A program made the translations under genes and the position numbers. Shown here in pieces: positions 1 through 9,787 of a stretch of 59,451 bases of DNA; position 1 is the stretch's first letter, and the number at the start of each line of letters is the position of its first letter. Origin of the DNA: a virus (taxonomy: Duplodnaviria; Caudoviricetes); the IMG/VR virus record IMGVR_UViG_3300031281_000002, positions 1 to 59,451 of that record; one strand, given 5' to 3'. The notes beneath the pieces are model-generated. The model made no database searches. It was not told the DNA's origin and was given only the letters and a program-made list of their open reading frames with translations.

Positions 1-127
1 ATGATATATTTGATACGTTTATGCAAGATGCTCCAGATAATTTAATCTTAATTGAGGACGTTTCATCTTTTAGCATTCCTGAATCAAGTAGCTTGAAAGT
101 TGACTTATATTCAATAAAAATAACAGC
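1..127. repeat. Terminal direct repeat (assembly overlap), identical to 59325-59451
   Basis: ATGATATATTTGATACG...AATAACAGC occurs at both window ends; an ORF reads through the join. Confidence 0.95.
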
Positions 128-350
128 AAGAAATACTAATACATTAAATGCTAAAAATATTATTAAAAATATACATAAAAAGTTTATTGGTTTTGGTGGA
201 GAGTCATTAATAAGTGGTGGTGATATTGTAAGCATGACATCTGTTAGTTCACCGCCATATTGTTTAGGAAAAGATGAAAAGGCACGAACAAAATATACAG
301 TTACTTATGATGTAAGAGTTCAATCGACAGGCGATACATATAGATTATAA
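1..350 (+). CDS. Tail terminator / tail completion protein, 3' part (true start at 59267)
   Basis: Frame continues from ATG 59267 (MISSDFCQWLENNNFGTYGDDIFDTFMQDAPDN...); lies between the HK97 gp10-like gene and the major tail gene. Confidence 0.7.
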   Translation, partial: DIFDTFMQDAPDNLILIEDVSSFSIPESSSLKVDLYSIKITARNTNTLNAKNIIKNIHKKFIGFGGESLISGGDIVSMTSVSSPPYCLGKDEKARTKYTVTYDVRVQSTGDTYRL

Positions 351-364
351 GCGAGGTGTAATGT

Positions 365-880
365 ATGAAAATTAATAAATTAATTAAAAAATGTTTAAAA
401 ACATTATTATTAGGTCCTATTGTTTTAGTGCTCGGAGCTTCTGGAGATAATGTTGAGAATGAAGTTAAATTTGCTGGAACAGTTGTAGAAGTTGATAATG
501 AAGTAGTTGCAAAAATTACTAAATTTAATAGAGCGGTTTCAATATCTGAAGAAAATATTACAGGAAGCGAAGATTATATTCCAGGAACCGATGTTCTACA
601 TGAAAAATTTACAGCTATTGCAGTATCAGAAACAGCTAGTGTTGAAGGGATAACAATAGAAAATGAAACAAATGGCTTAGACGATGGACAAAGTGAACTT
701 AAGGATGCAGCTGAAAGCGGTAAAATAGTAACAATGAAAAGCACTAAAAATAATGGGTATGGATGGTTATTATCAGGATTTTTTACTGCTTATGATGAAG
801 ATGGAGATACTACAAAAGTATTTAGATTTAAAGCATCATTCAGGGTAAATTCTAAAACTGAAATAACACCAGGTAGTTAA
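365..880 (+). CDS. Major tail (tube) protein
   Basis: 171 aa, acidic and beta-rich; synteny before the chaperone and tape measure genes. Confidence 0.7.
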   Translation: MKINKLIKKCLKTLLLGPIVLVLGASGDNVENEVKFAGTVVEVDNEVVAKITKFNRAVSISEENITGSEDYIPGTDVLHEKFTAIAVSETASVEGITIENETNGLDDGQSELKDAAESGKIVTMKSTKNNGYGWLLSGFFTAYDEDGDTTKVFRFKASFRVNSKTEITPGS

Positions 881-891
881 ATAAAAGAAAG

Positions 892-1377
892 TTGGATATT
901 ATGGCAACGAATAATAAAAGATTTAAAAACAATGTTGAAAGGATAGAGTATCTTAATAAGAAACATGAAGAAATTAAGGAAAATCAGGAAAATAATCTTG
1001 TATTGGATTTCGATAAAGCTTTAGAAGAAGAAAAATCTAAATCTAAAAAAATACAAATTAATTTTATGAATGAAGTATTTTTAATTCCTTATAAAATGCC
1101 ATTCAATTTTAGTACTTTTTTTCTAAGACATTGTTATAAAAAAATTAATGGTAAATGGACAATAGTAATGCCAGAGGACAAAGTATTGCTTTACCTTGAA
1201 CTGATGTTTGGGAAAAAATTTATGTCTAAATTAGAAGAAGCAAAAGATCCATTTATTTCTCAGCAATTTGTATTTGAAAATATTGTTCCAAAAATTATGA
1301 AAACATGGGGTTATGATATAGACACCGACCCTGAGAAAATTAAAGAAATACAAAAAAAAATGATGAACCAAGGATAG
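892..1377 (+). CDS. Tail assembly chaperone (lambda gpG analogue)
   Basis: Between major tail and tape measure genes; A9 slippery run near the 3' end. Confidence 0.7.
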   Translation: MDIMATNNKRFKNNVERIEYLNKKHEEIKENQENNLVLDFDKALEEEKSKSKKIQINFMNEVFLIPYKMPFNFSTFFLRHCYKKINGKWTIVMPEDKVLLYLELMFGKKFMSKLEEAKDPFISQQFVFENIVPKIMKTWGYDIDTDPEKIKEIQKKMMNQG

Positions 1378-1607
1378 TTATTTGGGCATGGGGAGCTATC
1401 GAAGCAGATTTTTTAAATTATTATAATCTTGATTTGAATTATATACACAATAATAATCTTATTACTTTTAGAAAATTTTTGTTGTTGGTTAGGGAGCTTC
1501 CTGAAAGTTCAGCATTTCAAAGATGGATAAATAATAAAGATAATAGAAATTTTGTTGAAGGTTCAGATGTAGACATACAAAATTCAATAAAAGGATTGAA
1601 GGTGTAA
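1351..1607 (+). CDS. -1 frameshift extension of the tail chaperone (gpGT analogue)
   Basis: CAAAAAAAAA at 1351-1360; the -1 frame is open to TAA 1605-1607 (NDEPRIVIWAWGAIEADFLNYYNLDL...KGLKV) and has no start codon of its own. Confidence 0.75.
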
Positions 1608-1610
1608 AGA

Positions 1611-4400
1611 ATGTTCGTCGTCGGTGAAGTTGTTGCACCAATCAATGCAGATACAAGGCCTTTTCAACGTGGAATAGCTTCAGCACGAGGAATGGGCTCT
1701 AGTTTTATAAGAGACATTGGTGGCAATATAGAATCATTTGGGAAAAGTATAACTAATCTAGGAGGTCAATTAACAAAAGCAATAACAGTTCCCCTGGCTG
1801 CTGCTGCTATAGGCATTTTTAAGTTTGGCAAAGATTTTGAAACTGAAATGTCAAAAGTGATTGGGTTAGTTGGAGTTTCAAGAGAACAGGTTGAAGAATG
1901 GTCAGATGACATCCTACAACTTGCTCCTACTGTTGGTAAAATGCCTCACGAACTAGCAGACGCAATGTTTTTTGTAACTAGTGCAGGATTAAGAGGAGCA
2001 GCTGCACTAGATGTATTGACCATGTCAGCAAAAGCAAGTGCTGCAGGACTTGGAGAAACTAAAACGATAGCAGACTTGGTTACAAGTGCTATGAATGCAT
2101 ATGGCCAAGAAAATTTATCAGCTGCAAAAGCTACTGATATTATAACTGCTGCTGTTAGAGAAGGAAAGGCAGAAGCTTCTGAATTGGCCGCAACTATGGG
2201 AGCAGTTTTGCCTTTAGCTTCTGAAATGGGTGTAACATTTGACCAGGTTGCCGCTACTCAAGCATCAATGACAAGAACTGGGACAGATGCAGCGGAAGCA
2301 GCTACCCAATTAAAAGGAATATTGGCAGGATTAATAAAACCTAGCAAACAAGCTGAAGAGCAATTAAGAGCAATGGGAACTAGCTCTTCAGAAATGAGGA
2401 AGAAAATTAAGGAAGAAGGTTTGCTTCAAGCTCTTATGGACTTAAGAGAAATGACAAATAAATATGGAGAAGAAGCAATGGCAAGAGTATTTCCTAACAT
2501 TCGGGCATTAATGGGTGTATTGGATTTAATGGGAGGAAATCTTGAGTCAAACAAAGAAACATTCGACAAAGTAACAAATTCAGTTGGAATCCTAGACGAG
2601 GCGTTTAAAGCTGCAAGTGAAACAACTGACTTTAAGTTTAATCAGGCATTGGCACAACTACAAGCAACTGCTATTAAATTTTTTGATGTATTAAAAGCTT
2701 TTTTAGTTCCTATTTTAGAAAAATTTGTAGATGTGCTCGGATTCGTTGGTGATAAATTTGCAGGAATGCCAATGGAACAACAAAAATTAATAGTTGGTTT
2801 TCTTGCTATTGCTGCTGTTGTTGGCCCTGCGATTATGGTAATTGGTACTATAATTGGAACTTTAGGTGCTTTGATTACTGGTATAGGAACAATAGCTGGC
2901 GTTATAGGTTCAATTGGATTAGTTATTCCTGCTGTGATAGCAGGAATAACATTATTGGTTGGTGGATTAGCAGCATTAATGCTGTCAAGTGATGATGTAA
3001 GAAAAGGTTTATCAAATGCATTTAAAAATATTCAAAAATCAATTGGTGGAGCTATTGGTTTTATTAAAACACATATAGATGATATTATAAAAGCTTTTAA
3101 AGGTTTATTTGAAGGAATAGCTACAGGAAACTTTGGCGATTTTATGTCGGCAATGAGTAAACTTGTTCCTCCTGAAATAATGGAAAAAATACATAAAATT
3201 GTTAAGCTATTTGTTAAATTTCAAGATATAATTTTTGCAGTAAGAGATTCAATTATTGACTTTGCTAAAAATATTATTAAATCATTTGGTCCCGTTATAG
3301 ATACATTTAAAGAAACTATATCTAATTTAGATTTCGGAGCTATATTAGGGGGTTTTGACAATTTATTTAACAGTATCCAACCATTAATACCACTTTTTGA
3401 GTTTTTTGCTGGTGTTATAAAAGGTGTTTTTTATGTAGCAATCGGAATTATAGTTGGAGCATTTAATGCTCTTATTTCAATACTACCTAATGTGTATGGA
3501 TTAATTTTAAATTTATATAGTGTAGTTGCGAGTGTTTTTAGTTTAATAGTTGGTATTGTTTCTGGAGATAGCGAAATGATTAAAGAATCTCTGTCAAATT
3601 TATGGGAAAGTATTAAAGGGGTATTTGTTAATGCTATCTTAATTATATTTAATTTTGTAAAAGGTTTTGTTGACGGTATAATTTCATGGTTTCAAGGTCT
3701 TTATGATACATTAGTTGGACATTCTATTATTCCAGATATGATCAATTCTATAATTAAATGGTTTGCTGGATTACCTGGTAAAGTAATAGAAAAAATAAAA
3801 GAACTTGTAAATAATGGTATTTACCATTTTAATAATTTTAAAGATTCGGTCTTAAATAAATTTAAAATTTTAGTAAGTAGAATAAAAGATTTTGTAAATA
3901 AAATTGCAAGTGAAATAAAAACATTAATAAAAAAAGGGTTAGAAGCAGGAAAAGACTTTTTAGGTGGATTGTTTAAAACTGATTTTGTACAGGCTGGAAT
4001 AAATATAGTTAAAGGAATTATAAGAGGTATAAAAAGTATGTTTGGTGAAGTTTCTCGTGTTACTCGCCAATTAGCTGAGAATATAAGAGATTTTTTCCCA
4101 TTTTCGCCAGCAAAGGAAGGACCACTAAAAGATTTAGACAAAATTGATTTTGGAACATCAATAAAAAAATCATTACAAAAAGCATCAAGCATGATTTCTA
4201 TACCAAGTATGCAATTAGGAGCTGAAGTTTTAGCTAATATTAATCAAGGGCAAAATTCAAGTTTTGGAAATAGTTCAAACGGGAATGGATTAAGTGCGAA
4301 TTTTTATGGCGATATAAACCTTGAAGGCATACAGGACATGGAAAGCTTTTTATCAGAAATGAAAAATACAATACAAAAGCATACAGGGAGGAGATTTTAA
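1611..4400 (+). CDS. Tape measure protein (TP901-type core)
   Basis: 929 aa, Ala/Gly-rich helical; FETEMSKV...AATQLKGIL core; repeated W/F-spaced C-terminal helices. Confidence 0.92.
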   Translation: MFVVGEVVAPINADTRPFQRGIASARGMGSSFIRDIGGNIESFGKSITNLGGQLTKAITVPLAAAAIGIFKFGKDFETEMSKVIGLVGVSREQVEEWSDDILQLAPTVGKMPHELADAMFFVTSAGLRGAAALDVLTMSAKASAAGLGETKTIADLVTSAMNAYGQENLSAAKATDIITAAVREGKAEASELAATMGAVLPLASEMGVTFDQVAATQASMTRTGTDAAEAATQLKGILAGLIKPSKQAEEQLRAMGTSSSEMRKKIKEEGLLQALMDLREMTNKYGEEAMARVFPNIRALMGVLDLMGGNLESNKETFDKVTNSVGILDEAFKAASETTDFKFNQALAQLQATAIKFFDVLKAFLVPILEKFVDVLGFVGDKFAGMPMEQQKLIVGFLAIAAVVGPAIMVIGTIIGTLGALITGIGTIAGVIGSIGLVIPAVIAGITLLVGGLAALMLSSDDVRKGLSNAFKNIQKSIGGAIGFIKTHIDDIIKAFKGLFEGIATGNFGDFMSAMSKLVPPEIMEKIHKIVKLFVKFQDIIFAVRDSIIDFAKNIIKSFGPVIDTFKETISNLDFGAILGGFDNLFNSIQPLIPLFEFFAGVIKGVFYVAIGIIVGAFNALISILPNVYGLILNLYSVVASVFSLIVGIVSGDSEMIKESLSNLWESIKGVFVNAILIIFNFVKGFVDGIISWFQGLYDTLVGHSIIPDMINSIIKWFAGLPGKVIEKIKELVNNGIYHFNNFKDSVLNKFKILVSRIKDFVNKIASEIKTLIKKGLEAGKDFLGGLFKTDFVQAGINIVKGIIRGIKSMFGEVSRVTRQLAENIRDFFPFSPAKEGPLKDLDKIDFGTSIKKSLQKASSMISIPSMQLGAEVLANINQGQNSSFGNSSNGNGLSANFYGDINLEGIQDMESFLSEMKNTIQKHTGRRF

Positions 4401-5920
4401 TGTCATTTACTATTAAGTTAGAAGACGAATATCTCCCTATTGATGTTGTTGTAAAAGATAAAAGTCTTAATATATCTGTGAATGAAAACGATAAAAAAGT
4501 ATTGACATTTGATTTAATCGACAGAACTAACGGAAATATAAATTATTTAATTAGCGAATATCAAATTGGAGCAAATATTGAAGTTTATGAAAATGGTAAA
4601 TTAATATTTGGTGGTCAATTGGATGAACCTGTAATTTCAAAAATTGATAGGACCTGTAAAAAAGCAAAAATAACAGCAGTTGATTGGAACTTTATAACTG
4701 AGAAAAGATATATAAATGGAATATATTATAAACAACCTATTTCGGATATAATAAAAAAAATTATAGATGAATATTTTGCAGATGATAATATATGGTATGA
4801 CGATGAAAGTATTGATGAGGTTACAAACCAATTAGCAATAAATTGTAGTTATGCACAAGCTCAAAACGTACTTGATGAAATTTCTGATTTAATTGCGTAC
4901 AAATGGAAAATTGGAGATAATAGATGTTTTTATTTTAAAGAACGCGGAAATATAACAGGACCTGAAATTATTGAAGAAAAAACAGATTATTTATATAAAA
5001 GTCTATCATACAGCCAAAATAGAAATAATTATAGAAATAGACAAATATTAAAAAAAGTAAATGCACTTACATCTTTATTAACTGAAAAAGCTACTCCTAC
5101 ACCAGAGAATGACAATGCATTTACAGTAAGATTACCTTTAGATTCTAAACCTGAAATATATGTTACAAATGATTTAAATATTTTAGTAGGTCAAATTGAC
5201 CCTAAATATGTCGGAATAGGTGGATTGTCAGAAGGGTTAGTCCAGTATTATTGGAATAAAGGAAGCAACATAATAAGTAAAGACCCTGATAATGCAGCAG
5301 AACCAGACCCAGGTTTTTTTATTGCAGTAAGATACATCGGACAGTTTCAATTTGATTTAATTAGAGAAGATTATGACGAAATCACAGAAAGAGCAGAATT
5401 AGAAGATGCATCAGGAATATATGAAAATATAGAAGATGGCTCTAATATAGATGGAGTAAGCGTTGCAGAAAATAAACTAAAAGCTTTATTGCAAAAATAT
5501 TCGAAAATAGCAAAAACAATAAAATTTGATTCTTATACTTTAGATATAGATATGAATTCTATTTGCAGTATGACATTTCCGTCTTTTGATATTGAAAATG
5601 AAAGTTATTTATTAATATCTAAAACAATAAGGAATACAGGTGGACCATTATTATTAAAAAAATATAGGTTTATATCTGGAGATACATTTGATGGATGGGT
5701 AACATTTTTTAAAAAATGGCTTGCTACTGGCAAGGATTTTACATTAAGAGAAAGTGAAGAAGTTATACAACAAGTAAGCAGCAAGGAAACAAATGGATGG
5801 GACGGAACTATAACATTAGTTGTTTATAATTGTATTTATCCTGCTGATGACTTATATCCTGCTGATGATTTGTCTGTTGGAACATTTGAATCTACTGAAA
5901 CATTTGGCGAGGAGGGATAA
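4400..5920 (+). CDS. Minor tail / baseplate hub (Tal-like) protein
   Basis: Directly after the tape measure gene; IFGGQLDE and YRNRQI motifs; C-terminal YPADDLYPADDL. Confidence 0.6.
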   Translation: MSFTIKLEDEYLPIDVVVKDKSLNISVNENDKKVLTFDLIDRTNGNINYLISEYQIGANIEVYENGKLIFGGQLDEPVISKIDRTCKKAKITAVDWNFITEKRYINGIYYKQPISDIIKKIIDEYFADDNIWYDDESIDEVTNQLAINCSYAQAQNVLDEISDLIAYKWKIGDNRCFYFKERGNITGPEIIEEKTDYLYKSLSYSQNRNNYRNRQILKKVNALTSLLTEKATPTPENDNAFTVRLPLDSKPEIYVTNDLNILVGQIDPKYVGIGGLSEGLVQYYWNKGSNIISKDPDNAAEPDPGFFIAVRYIGQFQFDLIREDYDEITERAELEDASGIYENIEDGSNIDGVSVAENKLKALLQKYSKIAKTIKFDSYTLDIDMNSICSMTFPSFDIENESYLLISKTIRNTGGPLLLKKYRFISGDTFDGWVTFFKKWLATGKDFTLRESEEVIQQVSSKETNGWDGTITLVVYNCIYPADDLYPADDLSVGTFESTETFGEEG

Positions 5921-5921
5921 T

Positions 5922-6410
5922 ATGTTTTTTAAAGAAAAAAGAGGTTGGAGTGGGAAAATTATAATATCATCAAATAAAAATGGAATACAAATAATTAAAA
6001 ACAGAATAACAAATGTAGCCTTAAGTGAAATTATAAAAGCTTTATATGATGATACTGATATAGTAATAAAACATTGTGCAATTGGAACAGGTACAAAAAA
6101 ATTAGAAGATGATGATACAACATTACAAACAGAAATATATAGAGTTCCTTTTGTTCAATGGTCGCCTTTAGGCGTAGGTCAAATGCAAGCCAGGGCAATT
6201 ATAGCAGGTGATGAACCAAATTATGCACCATATAATGGAGTTGCATCAATTCGCGAAATTGGTTTTTTTGCTGGAACGAGTTCTCTTGATTGGGGTGGCG
6301 GAGCTGGAAAAGATACTGGACTTATGATTTCGAGAATATTAGTTACAAAAAATAAAGAACTTAGTGAAGAATATCAAATAACAAGATTAGATCAGATAGA
6401 AAGGAGTTGA
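5922..6410 (+). CDS. Minor tail / upper baseplate protein
   Basis: ATG 5922 after GGAGG; NRITNVAL...AIGTG...DTTLQTEIYR...IREIGFF pattern typical of tail/baseplate proteins. Confidence 0.6.
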   Translation: MFFKEKRGWSGKIIISSNKNGIQIIKNRITNVALSEIIKALYDDTDIVIKHCAIGTGTKKLEDDDTTLQTEIYRVPFVQWSPLGVGQMQARAIIAGDEPNYAPYNGVASIREIGFFAGTSSLDWGGGAGKDTGLMISRILVTKNKELSEEYQITRLDQIERS

Positions 6411-6414
6411 TACA

Positions 6415-8142
6415 ATGGCAGCTGGTGATTATATAAGATCGATATGGCAAAATGGGCCAGGTGTTGGACATCCTCCAATCAATGAAGATAATTTAAATAA
6501 TATAGAAGAAAAGCTCGAAGAACTTGACGGATTATTAGCTAACACATTTAATTATAGATTTGAAGATTTGAAGAAATATTTCTGGATGAGAAATTGTAAA
6601 GATATAGCTAATTTTGAAGATGACACAGATTGGACAGGGGTAGGTTGTAATGTAGGTGCTGCAAGTGGTCCTAATGCAGGAAATGCAAGTACTGCATTTG
6701 CAGACTCGGATAATGTCGCCTCTACAATTTACATACATAATACTGTTCCAAGCATAAATTTAACAGAATTCAATGATGAAAAAGCTAGTACAACAGATGA
6801 TATAATTAGTTTTTCGGTTCATTTATTTGATTATACAAAGCTAACTAACATAACTGTAAAGCTAGGCGATGATAACGTAGATAATTATAGTTATACATGG
6901 AATGTAACAGAAGGTAAACAGGTTACATTTCAGGCTAAAAAATCAGATTTCGCAACAAATGGAGTACCTAGCGGCTGGAATGATATAACATATATTCATA
7001 TTCAATCGGATACAAAAGCTAATGCAAGTTTTTCATGGATTACTCCAATGGTTTTAACTATGTATAGAAATGACCCTGTAAGCGACGGAGATGGTCAAGC
7101 ATTCCAAATTTATTCAGGAAGTGCATGGAGTAATTTTTTTACTCAGGAAAACAATGCATGGAATTTACTTTTAGATCCTAAAATAAACGACCTAGGCATT
7201 CAAGCATTGGATGATTATAATGACTCAGAAATTTGGGATGGACTAAATGTAAAATCTGATGTAATAAGTTTTTTCTGGAAATCTATAATGCATAACTATT
7301 GTGCTTCTTATACTAATAATATGACCTGGTTTGTTGATGATGATAATTATGCTACAGCCTGGATTGATAATAATGATTTTACATTGTTAATTAATGAAGC
7401 TGGAGTACCTACGGATTACACTTTCACGCTGAATACATCTTTAGCACAAGGAGAAAGGCTTGAAATAACATTAGAAAAAAATGTAGATACAATTAGGGCA
7501 ACATTAGTAAAAGGTAATGAAAGAATTGCTATATTAGAACACGAAACAACTATAGATAGTGAGACAGAAGGAGATTTATACTTCGGGTTTGATGATTTTG
7601 GATTATGCTTTATCCCTGATTTTATTATAAGCAATGTAAACAATTTAGATTTAGATTCATGGGATAGACCTAAAGTTGTCATAAAACAAGCTGATGAGTC
7701 AACTAGCGCAGACACGACTTTGAATGATGATTCTGAATTATATGTATATTTACCACCAAACAGTATGTTTGAAATATTTATGTCTATAGATTATTATACA
7801 AATGCGAATGTAACTCCGGACATAAAAGTCGCTTGGAATTTAACAAATGTAGAAATGGTTACTTATCGAAAGTGTGTAGGACTTGATATTGGAGCAGCTA
7901 CATATTATGGTGATGTAAAAACTTATACAAGAGGTAGTGCAAACGTTATATCTTATGGGGGTTCTGATACAGCAGACGTATATCTACACGCAAATGAAAC
8001 AGCTATAGTTAAAACAAATACAACAGGTGGAATAGTAACGTTGCAATGGGCACAAAGTGCTTCTAATGCAAATGCAACAACAGTAAAAGCAGGTTCTTAC
8101 ATAAAAGCTACAAAATTAGATTTATTACAACAAAATAATTAA
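6415..8142 (+). CDS. Putative receptor-binding / tail fibre protein
   Basis: Last large tail gene; N-terminal W.NG...PPINEDNLNNIE motif; beta-rich domains; C-terminal LQWAQ...TTVKAGS. Confidence 0.65.
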   Translation: MAAGDYIRSIWQNGPGVGHPPINEDNLNNIEEKLEELDGLLANTFNYRFEDLKKYFWMRNCKDIANFEDDTDWTGVGCNVGAASGPNAGNASTAFADSDNVASTIYIHNTVPSINLTEFNDEKASTTDDIISFSVHLFDYTKLTNITVKLGDDNVDNYSYTWNVTEGKQVTFQAKKSDFATNGVPSGWNDITYIHIQSDTKANASFSWITPMVLTMYRNDPVSDGDGQAFQIYSGSAWSNFFTQENNAWNLLLDPKINDLGIQALDDYNDSEIWDGLNVKSDVISFFWKSIMHNYCASYTNNMTWFVDDDNYATAWIDNNDFTLLINEAGVPTDYTFTLNTSLAQGERLEITLEKNVDTIRATLVKGNERIAILEHETTIDSETEGDLYFGFDDFGLCFIPDFIISNVNNLDLDSWDRPKVVIKQADESTSADTTLNDDSELYVYLPPNSMFEIFMSIDYYTNANVTPDIKVAWNLTNVEMVTYRKCVGLDIGAATYYGDVKTYTRGSANVISYGGSDTADVYLHANETAIVKTNTTGGIVTLQWAQSASNANATTVKAGSYIKATKLDLLQQNN

Positions 8143-8154
8143 AGGAGAAACGGA

Positions 8155-8286
8155 ATGGAAATAGTTACAGGAATTGGAATAGGACTAGTTATGGCTGGAA
8201 GTATAGCCTATGAATTTATAAAAAAGAAAAAAAGAAAAATTAAGGAAAAAGAATTAAAAGAATTAAAAGAAATGAAAGAAATGTAA
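8155..8286 (+). CDS. Small single-TM protein with basic tail (possible lysis accessory)
   Basis: Own translation MEIVTGIGIGLVMAGSIAYEFIKKKKRK...; AAGGAG RBS. Confidence 0.5.
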   Translation: MEIVTGIGIGLVMAGSIAYEFIKKKKRKIKEKELKELKEMKEM

Positions 8287-8299
8287 AGGTTTTGATAAT

Positions 8300-8473
8300 A
8301 TGAATGATAATTTAAAATATATCATACAAGGATTATTACAAGCATTAGTATTAGTATGTATTGTTATCCTTGCATATTTAGGTCTATTTGACCAGGAATC
8401 TATTAAGACTATTTTTTTAATTATTATCGGGTACATTTTCGCAACGGCTAAAAATTCAATAAACAAAGAATAA
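8300..8473 (+). CDS. Putative holin (57 aa, two hydrophobic segments)
   Basis: Own translation MNDNLKYIIQGLLQALVLVCIVILAYLGLFDQESIKTIFLIIIGYIFATAKNSINKE; end of the tail operon. Confidence 0.5.
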   Translation: MNDNLKYIIQGLLQALVLVCIVILAYLGLFDQESIKTIFLIIIGYIFATAKNSINKE

Positions 8474-8503
8474 ATGAGGATTAATATTATTAATCCTCAT
8501 TTA
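8471..8503. terminator. Bidirectional terminator hairpin between convergent units
   Basis: TAAATGAGGATTAAT-att-ATTAATCCTCATTTA, a perfect 15-bp inverted repeat. Confidence 0.75.
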
Positions 8504-8551
8504 TAATGCATAAGGGATCGTAAATATATTTAAAAATAAACACTATATTTA

Positions 8552-9028
8552 TTATACCATATAATCAATTTTCATAATTTCCTTTTCATTTTTTTGATTT
8601 GAAAATATATCATTAAAACAAATTTTAGTTACAAGATATTGGTCATTTGTTTTTATAGAATTTACCCAATGTTTTGATTCTATTCCACTTCTTAAACTGT
8701 ATTGACCATTATCTATATGATAAGCTCTTTCTCTAAATTCTACATTTAATATTTCTTTTATTACTTTGAAATCTTCAGAATTCAATATATCCCAGTCTAA
8801 ATCATTAGCCATTTTATTATATTCTTTGCAAACTATTTCTTTAATCTCATCATTAGATAAATTTTTCATTTTTTCATTACTCCTTGTTTCTTTATAATAT
8901 TTTGTAATTATCATTTCTAAAGTATTGTTTATGCTTCTTTTTTCTTCTGTAGCAATTGTATTTATCATATCAACTACAGATTGTTCAAATCTGTAGCCGA
9001 CTGATACTTTTTTACTTGTATTAGCCAT
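8552..9028 (-). CDS. Ribbon-helix-helix (Arc-like) domain protein
   Basis: KVSVGYRFEQSVVDMINTIATEEKRSINNTLEMII is a typical RHH pattern. Confidence 0.6.
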   Translation of the reverse strand: MANTSKKVSVGYRFEQSVVDMINTIATEEKRSINNTLEMIITKYYKETRSNEKMKNLSNDEIKEIVCKEYNKMANDLDWDILNSEDFKVIKEILNVEFRERAYHIDNGQYSLRSGIESKHWVNSIKTNDQYLVTKICFNDIFSNQKNEKEIMKIDYMV

Positions 9029-9030
9029 TG

Positions 9031-9600
9031 TTATATTTCCTCCATTATCTTATTATAAATCATTTTTGCTAGTCTTCCAGATTCATCTAAAGACCAAACT
9101 TTTTTGTGAATCATTCCTTGTGTTATCTCAATAAAGCTTGTTGCTTCGCCATTTTTAATTTTAGTTAATCTGTTTAATATTCTGTTATAACTTTTTTCTG
9201 ATTCTTTTACTAAACTCATTGCTTCTTCTGTAATTTCAATATCTTTATAATTATTTATAAATTCTGTTAACATATCATATCTCATATCTATTAATGTTTT
9301 TGCTGAATCAATTTTTTTAATATTTTTTATTGTTGTTTCGATATCAGTTCTGTTTAGGTAATTTAGTTTTAAATCTTCATCAGTATTTTTTAATTGATTT
9401 TCTAATCTAGTAATTATTTTTTCTCTTATGTCTTTTGCCCAATCTACTTGTTTTTCGCTACCTTTTAATTCAACCATTTCATCACTATACAATGATTTCA
9501 AATTTAGTCCGAATTGTACTCTGTAATTTATATTAGTGTATATTTTTGCGTCCTCTCTAGTCATTTTATGAGCTTGTCTGAATAAATTTGATTTAGTCAT
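9031..9600 (-). CDS. Hypothetical early protein
   Basis: Promoter and RBS upstream; LKGSEKQVDWAKDIR motif; N-terminus paralogous to the ORF at 18978. Confidence 0.65.
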   Translation of the reverse strand: MTKSNLFRQAHKMTREDAKIYTNINYRVQFGLNLKSLYSDEMVELKGSEKQVDWAKDIREKIITRLENQLKNTDEDLKLNYLNRTDIETTIKNIKKIDSAKTLIDMRYDMLTEFINNYKDIEITEEAMSLVKESEKSYNRILNRLTKIKNGEATSFIEITQGMIHKKVWSLDESGRLAKMIYNKIMEEI

Positions 9601-9651
9601 TGTATTTTCCCCTTTTCGTTATTAGTAGGTTGTCTCTCAACCTCTAATTAT

Positions 9652-9680
9652 ATTATACTATATACGTATAGTAATTGCAA
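9652..9680 (-). promoter_or_regulatory. Sigma-A-like promoter
   Basis: Minus strand TTGCAA-17 bp-TATAAT. Confidence 0.6.
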
Positions 9681-9787
9681 TACATATATAGTAAATGTAA
9701 TATATATGTAATATATATGTAATATTATTATTTCTATTTGACATTTCTATTTTTTCATATTATAATATTATGTAAATAATAACCAAA

